From NCBI GenBank assembly GCA_038231275.1, contig JBBRLQ010000014.1, positions 128,001 to 192,000 of the forward strand: a DNA stretch of 64,000 bases, read 5' to 3'. Shown here in pieces: positions 58,283 through 64,000 of the stretch. A program made the position numbers and the translations under genes. Numbering within the stretch: position 1 is the stretch's first letter; every line of letters begins with the position of its first letter. Below the pieces are notes generated by a model, which ran no database searches, was not told where the DNA came from, and was given only the letters and a program-made list of their open reading frames with translations. The DNA comes from Polyangiales bacterium. GTDB lineage: Bacteria; Myxococcota_A; Polyangia; Polyangiales; Polyangiaceae.

Positions 58283-59665
58283 ATGAGAGTCGCCGCTTTG
58301 GACAGCAACGCCCCCAACGACGTCCCGATCAAGAGCTTCGACGACCTGCTCGCGATCTTCCATTCGGCGGAGAAGCCCGCGAGTGAGTTTCGCTGCGGCG
58401 CGGAGATGGAGAAGTTCGGCGTCGATCGCACGACCGGCGCACCCATCCAATACGACGGCGATCGCGGCGTGCTGCGCATCCTCGAGCGCTTGGCGACGCG
58501 CTTCAACTGGCGCCCCGAGCGCGAGACGGAGGGCGGCCCGATCATCGCGCTCTACCGCGACGGCGCGTCCGTCACGCTCGAGCCGGGCAGTCAGCTGGAG
58601 CTCTCCGGCGCCGCGCTCCTCACCGTCCACGAAATCTGCGCCGAGCTGAGCGCGCACTTGCGCGAGCTCGACGAGGTCTCGCGCGACATGAACCTCCGCT
58701 GGCTCGGTCTCGGCTTCCACCCGTTCGCCAAGCGCAGCGATCTGACGTTCGTCCCCAAGCAGCGCTATGGCGTCATGCGCGAGTACCTGCCGACGCGCGG
58801 CGGCCACGCAATCGACATGATGCTCCGCACGTGCACCGTCCAGGGCAACTACGACTACTTGAACGAAGCCGACGCGATGAAGAAGCTCCGCGTCGCGATG
58901 AAGCTCGCGCCGCTCACGACCGCGATCTTCGCGAACAGCCCCTGGTACGAGGGCGGACGCTTCGGCGGCGTGACCTACCGCGGCAAGGTGTGGCTCGACG
59001 TCGATCCCGATCGCTCCGGTCTCGTGCCGCACATCTGGAAGGACGACGCGCGCTACGCCGACTACGTCGAGTGGGCGCTCGACTCGCCGATGTTCCTCAT
59101 CAAGCGCGGCGGCGAGCCGATCCTCAACACCGGGCAGACGTTCCGCAGCTTCTGGAAGAGTGGCTATCAGGGCCACGAAGCGCTCCTCGGCGATTGGCAG
59201 ACGCACCTCAACACCTTGTTCCCCGAAGTTCGTCTCAAGCGCACGATCGAGATCCGCGGCGCCGACGCGCAGACGCCGGCCACCGCGTGCGCGCTGCCCG
59301 CGCTTTGGATGGGCATCCTCTACGACGCGAAGGCGCTCGACGAGGCCGCCGCCCTGACCGACGGCTGGACGCACGACGAGGTGAACGCCTCGCGACCTGC
59401 GGTGTGGAAGGACGGCCTCCGCGCCACGTTCCGCGGGCAGACGCTCGCGAAGCTCGCCGAGCGCACCGTCGAGATCGCGGAGGGCGGCCTCGAGCGGCGC
59501 GGCTTCAAGAACAAGGATGGCACGAGGGACGAGCGCATCCACCTCGCGCGTCTGAAGGATCTCGTGTCGCACGGCGAGTGTCCTGCCGATCGTCTGCTCG
59601 CGGGCCTCAAGGGCGATCCGCGCGCGGAGATCATGACCCGCGCGGACCTCAGCCCCGCGTCCTAG
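58283..59665 (+). CDS. gshA: Glutamate-cysteine ligase (plant/alphaproteobacterial type)
   Basis: GAEMEKF, TLEPGSQLELSG, PKQRY, MMLRTC, ANSP, LFPEVRLK..IEIRGAD. Confidence 0.92.
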   Translation: MRVAALDSNAPNDVPIKSFDDLLAIFHSAEKPASEFRCGAEMEKFGVDRTTGAPIQYDGDRGVLRILERLATRFNWRPERETEGGPIIALYRDGASVTLEPGSQLELSGAALLTVHEICAELSAHLRELDEVSRDMNLRWLGLGFHPFAKRSDLTFVPKQRYGVMREYLPTRGGHAIDMMLRTCTVQGNYDYLNEADAMKKLRVAMKLAPLTTAIFANSPWYEGGRFGGVTYRGKVWLDVDPDRSGLVPHIWKDDARYADYVEWALDSPMFLIKRGGEPILNTGQTFRSFWKSGYQGHEALLGDWQTHLNTLFPEVRLKRTIEIRGADAQTPATACALPALWMGILYDAKALDEAAALTDGWTHDEVNASRPAVWKDGLRATFRGQTLAKLAERTVEIAEGGLERRGFKNKDGTRDERIHLARLKDLVSHGECPADRLLAGLKGDPRAEIMTRADLSPAS

Positions 59666-60296
59666 CGCCGGCGGTCCCCGAACCACGCGTGCGTGCGCCT
59701 TCGAGGAATGCGCGCAGCTTGCGCTCGTCTTTGCGCCGAGGATCGCCGTCGACCTCGACGCCGCTCGCGACGTCGACGCCGTAGGGAGCGGCGATCGCGA
59801 TCGCCTCGGCGACGTTCGCGGGAGTGAGGCCGCCGGCGAGGATCACGCGTCGCGCGCTGCATAGCCCACGAACGAGGCGCCAATCGAAGGTCGCCCCGGT
59901 TCCTCCGAGGTGCCCCTCGACCTTCGCGTCCACGAGGAGCACGTCGCCCGCGACGTCGGCGGCGGCCTCCGCGTCCTCTGCGGTCCCGATGCGGATCGCC
60001 TTGTACGCGCGCGGCAAGAGTCCCGCGAGGACGTCGGGCGGCTCGTCCCCGTGCAGCTGAAGCTCCTGAAGCCCGAGCCGATCGCGGAGCGCGCGGAGAG
60101 CCTCGAGCGGAAGATCGGCCACGATCCCGACGACGGTGACCTTCTTCCCGACCGCAGCGACGATGGCGCGCGCGGTGTCCTCATCCACGCATCGCTTGCT
60201 CGACGGCACGAGGTTCACGCCGATCGCGTCGGCGCCGAGCGACGCGGCGAGGAGCGCGTCCGCAGCGCTCGTGATGCCGCAGATCTTGACGATCAC
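59649..60296 (-). CDS. trpF: Phosphoribosylanthranilate isomerase
   Basis: VKICGIT, QLHGDE, GGTGATFDW, LAGGL, DVASGVE. Confidence 0.95.
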   Translation of the reverse strand: MIVKICGITSAADALLAASLGADAIGVNLVPSSKRCVDEDTARAIVAAVGKKVTVVGIVADLPLEALRALRDRLGLQELQLHGDEPPDVLAGLLPRAYKAIRIGTAEDAEAAADVAGDVLLVDAKVEGHLGGTGATFDWRLVRGLCSARRVILAGGLTPANVAEAIAIAAPYGVDVASGVEVDGDPRRKDERKLRAFLEGARTRGSGTAGARTRG

Positions 60297-60300
60297 CGCC

Positions 60301-60687
60301 TCACACGCCCTCGATGTGGAGCAGCTCCTTCACCTTCGCGATGACCTGCGGCGCCTGGATGGGCTTGGTGATGTAGGCGTTTGCGCCGAGCTGCATCGCG
60401 CGCTGGCGGTCCTCCGCCGAACCCTCGGTCGTGATGACGATGATCGGCGTGTCCTTGTGCGTCGGATCGCTCCGCACGCGCTTCACGAGCTTCAGGCCAT
60501 CCATGATGGGCATGTTGATGTCGGTCAGGATGATGTCGAAGCGCGCGGCGGCGAGCTTGCGGAGACCGTCTACGCCGTCGTCCGCTTCGGTGATGCGGAG
60601 GTTCTTGACGCGAGACAAAGCGAACACGAGAAGCTGCCGCATCATCGGCGAGTCTTCGACGACCAGGACGTTGTACTCGTCAGACAT
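60301..60687 (-). CDS. CheY-like single-domain response regulator
   Basis: VVEDS, TDINMPIMDG, ITTE, YITKP. Confidence 0.92.
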   Translation of the reverse strand: MSDEYNVLVVEDSPMMRQLLVFALSRVKNLRITEADDGVDGLRKLAAARFDIILTDINMPIMDGLKLVKRVRSDPTHKDTPIIVITTEGSAEDRQRAMQLGANAYITKPIQAPQVIAKVKELLHIEGV

Positions 60688-60741
60688 GTCTTCGGGCTTT
60701 TGAGCGGTGGAGAGGAACGGCGAGATCGGCGTGAAGCCGCG

Positions 60742-61572
60742 TTAGGGGTGCGGCGGATCCCCGACGGCGCGCAGCCATAGGAGGGCGCCGGTGATGGCGG
60801 TCGCGGCATGTGCGCCCAGCATCCGGAACAGCTCTCGATCGTTGGCGGTGAACGCCTCCTTCTGATCGAGGAGACGGTAGACGGCGATCACGCCGACCGT
60901 GCGGCCATCGAGCTTCAGCGGCACGCACGCGACCGGCCGGTCCACGCCGCAGGCCGCGATCTCGGAGTCGAACAGCGGCGCGCCGGTGAGGAACGCCTGC
61001 TCGATCGCGCGCGCGCCGGGCGGCGGCTCGGCGACAGGGCGGGTCGCCACGACGGGCAGACCTTCGCGTCCGACGCCGTGCGAAGCGATTGGCGCGAGCG
61101 CGTCTCCGCCGTCTTGCAGGTAGTAAAGAGCGTGCTCGCGCGAGCCGACGAACTGCTCGAGCAGCTCGCTGATGTGCGTGAGGACGCGGGCGAGATCGAG
61201 GGTCGAGTGGAGCTGATCGGCGGCGATGTAGAGGTTCGCCATGTTCGCCAGATCCGCCTCCACCGCCGAGCACAGGGCGAAGGTCCGCGTCGAGACCGCC
61301 GCGAGCTCCTCTCGCTCTTGCTCGAGTTGATCGATGCGGCGAAGGGCGGTTTGGAGGCTCCGATCGCCGGCGAGCTGCCCGCGCAGCGCCACGTTGGTCG
61401 CCTCGAGCTCGGCGACGCGCGCGCGGAGTCTCTCGCCCTCCTCCTGGAGCTGTGAAGCTAGCTCTTCGCCTTGGCGGAAGAGCGTGCTCAGAGACGAATC
61501 GCGCGTTCCCGTGCCCCCCTCGTCCTCGATCACGAGAGGCCGCACGCGCTCGCGGCTCTTCTTCTCCGTCAT
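60742..61572 (-). CDS. Coiled-coil plus GAF domain protein
   Basis: Heptad region then LANMANLYIAADQLHSTLD; PVACVPLK, GVIAVYRLLDQK, DRELFRML. Confidence 0.78.
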   Translation of the reverse strand: MTEKKSRERVRPLVIEDEGGTGTRDSSLSTLFRQGEELASQLQEEGERLRARVAELEATNVALRGQLAGDRSLQTALRRIDQLEQEREELAAVSTRTFALCSAVEADLANMANLYIAADQLHSTLDLARVLTHISELLEQFVGSREHALYYLQDGGDALAPIASHGVGREGLPVVATRPVAEPPPGARAIEQAFLTGAPLFDSEIAACGVDRPVACVPLKLDGRTVGVIAVYRLLDQKEAFTANDRELFRMLGAHAATAITGALLWLRAVGDPPHP

Positions 61573-61577
61573 CCCGT

Positions 61578-62663
61578 TCAGCGTATCACGTCGCCCGCAT
61601 CGCCAAGCTGAGAGAGCCACGCCCGCAGATTCCCGCCGATAACGCGTGGCGCCGTGCGGAGCGCGCTCACGTTGGCGCACCCTGTGAGAAGCATCGCTGC
61701 ACGTAGCTCGGCCTCGACGCCGTCGAGGAGCGCGGCGGCCTCCGAGCGTCCACCTGCGTGGAGCGCGCGCAAGACGGGACGTGCCATGCCGGCCGCGCTC
61801 GCGCCGAGGGCCAATGCGCGTGCGACGTCGAGACCCGTGGCGATGCCGCCGGTCGCAACGATCGCCTCGAAGCCGAGCGGCGCGAGCAGGGCCACGCTCG
61901 CCGCGGTCGGGATGCCCCAGTCCCAAAACGCCTCCCCCAACGCGCTCGCGTGAGGATCGCCCGCCGACACGGCGCGCTTCGTCTCGACGCCGACCCACGA
62001 CGTGCCGCCCGCGCCGGAGACGTCGACGCGCGTGACGCCGGCCTTTCGCAGGCGCCTGCCGACCGCGGGCGAGAGGCCGCAGCCGGTCTCCTTCACGACG
62101 ACCGGAACGCCGAGCCCTTCGACCAAGCGCTGGATGGTCTCGAGGCCGCCCCGGAAGTCGCGATCGCCGCCGGGCTGCACGAGCTCCATCGCCGGATTCA
62201 AATGAACGCAGAGCGCGTCGGCGCCGACCTCGCCGACCAGCTGCCTAACCTCGTCGTCGCTCATCGCGCGCGCCTGCACGACGCCGACATTGCCGAGCAC
62301 CAGCGTCGTCGGCGCCACTTCGCGCACGCGGTAGGTCGGCGCGGTATTCGCGCGCGTGTGCATGGCCCGCTGGCTGCCCAGGCCGAAGCCGTAGCCACGC
62401 TCCTCGGCGATCTCAGCGAGCTGCCGGTTGATGATGCCGGCCTCCTCAGTGCCGCCCGTCATCGCCGCGATGAGGATCGGCGCGCGGAGCTTCTTGCCGA
62501 GGAGGGTCACCGACAGATCGAGACCGTCGGCGTGGAGATCGGGAAGCGCGTCGTGGACGAGGCGCACCTCCTCGAGGAGCGTGGTCACGCCCCGAAAGCC
62601 GACGTCCTCGGTCGCGCACAGCGAGAGGTGGTCGGCCTTCCGCTGTCCAATGGGATTGCTCAT
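61578..62663 (-). CDS. fni: Type 2 isopentenyl-diphosphate delta-isomerase
   Basis: RKADH, AMTGG, GSQR, HLNPAME..QP.GD, KETGCG, GAGGTSW, WGIPT. Confidence 0.95.
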   Translation of the reverse strand: MSNPIGQRKADHLSLCATEDVGFRGVTTLLEEVRLVHDALPDLHADGLDLSVTLLGKKLRAPILIAAMTGGTEEAGIINRQLAEIAEERGYGFGLGSQRAMHTRANTAPTYRVREVAPTTLVLGNVGVVQARAMSDDEVRQLVGEVGADALCVHLNPAMELVQPGGDRDFRGGLETIQRLVEGLGVPVVVKETGCGLSPAVGRRLRKAGVTRVDVSGAGGTSWVGVETKRAVSAGDPHASALGEAFWDWGIPTAASVALLAPLGFEAIVATGGIATGLDVARALALGASAAGMARPVLRALHAGGRSEAAALLDGVEAELRAAMLLTGCANVSALRTAPRVIGGNLRAWLSQLGDAGDVIR

Positions 62664-62828
62664 TTCGGCTCCGACTTCATAAGCGAGGACGAAGGGTTAC
62701 GCCATCCCCCTGGGGCAAGGGTGTGGGGCGCCGCTCATCCAGCAGGGTGATCTTGTGGCTGAATGTTTGAAACTTCAAAGAAATGTGAAAACAACTAGAA
62801 ATCCTCACGTTTCATGGCAAAACCAGCG

Positions 62829-62857
62829 TTGACAGCCCCCGCCTTGGACCCTAGTTT
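62829..62857 (+). promoter_or_regulatory. Sigma70-type promoter of the polyprenyl synthase gene
   Basis: TTGACA-N17-TAGTTT preceded by an AT-rich tract. Confidence 0.7.
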
Positions 62858-63002
62858 CCGCTTCGGCAGGTTCTTCGCATTCAAGACCACCGTTCCCCAC
62901 TTTGCGCGATGAGGTGCTGGCGTGCCGGCGGATTTCCATCCACTACTCGCGGACTCCAACGGCAAGCGCCCTGCGCGCGAGGCCGCGGAGGGGCACGCCC
63001 GC

Positions 63003-64000
63003 ATGACGACCTCTCTCGAGCGAAACGAACGGCCTGACCCGCTGGCCGAGCTGGCCGAGCTGGCCAATCTCGTCGCGCGGGTTCGAGCCCCGGTCGAGGC
63101 GGAGCTGGCGCGGACGCTCGACGAGGCGAAGGCGCGCGCGGCGTCGGCAGGCCCGCGCGCGCACGACGTCGTGGCGGGGCTCGCCGCGCTCGCGACGCGC
63201 GGTGGCAAACGTCTTCGCGCGGTGCTCGTCGCGGCGGCGTACGAGGCGTGCGACGGCGAAGGCGGAGCGTCGCGCGTGACCTTGGCGGGCGTCGCCGTAG
63301 AGCTCCTTCAGGCGTACCTCCTCATCCACGACGATTGGATGGATCAGGACGACGTGCGCCGCGGCGGTCCGAGCGTGCACGTCGCCCTTCGTGGCGTGCT
63401 CGGCGACGCGCGCCTCGGCGACGTCGCGGCCATCCTCGCCGGCGACTACGGCTCGGCGCTCGCCCAATCGACGCTCCTCCGCACGCCGGTCGCGCCCGAT
63501 CGCCTGCTGGAAGCGGCGCGCGTGTTCGGGCGTATCCAGGAGGATGTCGTGACCGGGCAGGTGCTCGACGTGCTCGACGTCGCAGGACCGGTGGAAGTGA
63601 AGCACGATCTGAAGACAGGCAGCTACACGGTGCGCGGGCCGCTCGCGCTCGGCGCGGCGCTCGCGGGGGCCTCGGCGGACGCCCGTTCGACACTCGATCG
63701 CTTCGCCGCGCCGCTCGGCGTCGCGTTCCAGCTTCGCGACGATCTGCTCGGAACGTTCGGCGACGCGAAGGCGACGGGGAAGCCGGTCGGCACCGATCTG
63801 CGTGAAGGCAAGCGCACGGCGCTCGTGGAGGAGGCCGAGAAGGATCGCGATGCGTCGCGCTTGCTCGCGCGCGTGCTCGGCGTAGAAGACGCGGCGGACG
63901 ACGAGGTGGCGGCGCTCGTCGCTCGGCTCGTCGCGTGCGGCGCGAAGGATCGCGTCGAGGCGCGCATCGACGCCCTGCTCGACGGCGCGCGGACCGCGCT
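63003..64000 (+). CDS. Polyprenyl (geranylgeranyl/farnesyl) diphosphate synthase; runs off the window edge
   Basis: Manual translation: GGKRLR, ELLQAYLLIHDDWMDQDDVRRG (FARM), GQVLD, KT, FQLRDDLLG, GK..G.DLREGK; alternative in-frame GTG start at 62922. Confidence 0.9.
   Translation, partial: MTTSLERNERPDPLAELAELANLVARVRAPVEAELARTLDEAKARAASAGPRAHDVVAGLAALATRGGKRLRAVLVAAAYEACDGEGGASRVTLAGVAVELLQAYLLIHDDWMDQDDVRRGGPSVHVALRGVLGDARLGDVAAILAGDYGSALAQSTLLRTPVAPDRLLEAARVFGRIQEDVVTGQVLDVLDVAGPVEVKHDLKTGSYTVRGPLALGAALAGASADARSTLDRFAAPLGVAFQLRDDLLGTFGDAKATGKPVGTDLREGKRTALVEEAEKDRDASRLLARVLGVEDAADDEVAALVARLVACGAKDRVEARIDALLDGARTA

Noticed and set aside
62755..62900. CarA/CarH (B12 photoreceptor) operator at the prenyl synthase promoter
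   Set aside because: Could not find the 11-bp-period TnnACA direct repeats beyond the -35 hexamer itself

Overview
High-GC chromosomal window, almost certainly from a myxobacterium. Evidence: eukaryote-like Ser/Thr kinases, a MYXO-CTERM-like protease, a fibro-slime protein and many Cys-rich lipoproteins with acidic DAG-type linkers; Polyangiaceae/Labilithrix-like by inference. It holds about 60 CDS and one tRNA-Phe(GAA); I saw no mobile element, prophage or CRISPR array. Housekeeping genes include a liv-type ABC transporter, thiC, bioB, lpxB, rnd, fabH, nadK, gshA, trpF, fni and a polyprenyl synthase. Best leads: (1) a five-gene MoxR/DUF58/VWA operon headed by a membrane-anchored coiled-coil protein with a long Gln/Gly tract, behind an ECF-type promoter; (2) a candidate cyclic-nucleotide sensing and degrading circuit (sigma54-driven MBL hydrolase plus an NKFDE-type GAF sigma54 activator, with a 5'-nucleotidase nearby); (3) two paralogous kinase-TM-FGE/C-type-lectin receptor kinases flanking a Cys-rich lipoprotein; (4) five candidate sigma54 promoters, two with tandem enhancer-like sites and two apparently near-leaderless, one driving a 47-aa peptide missed by the ORF track; (5) apparently leaderless architecture at many genes. 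Functional calls come from motif recognition by eye, with no database searches. Many start codons were re-assigned from the supplied ORF track.
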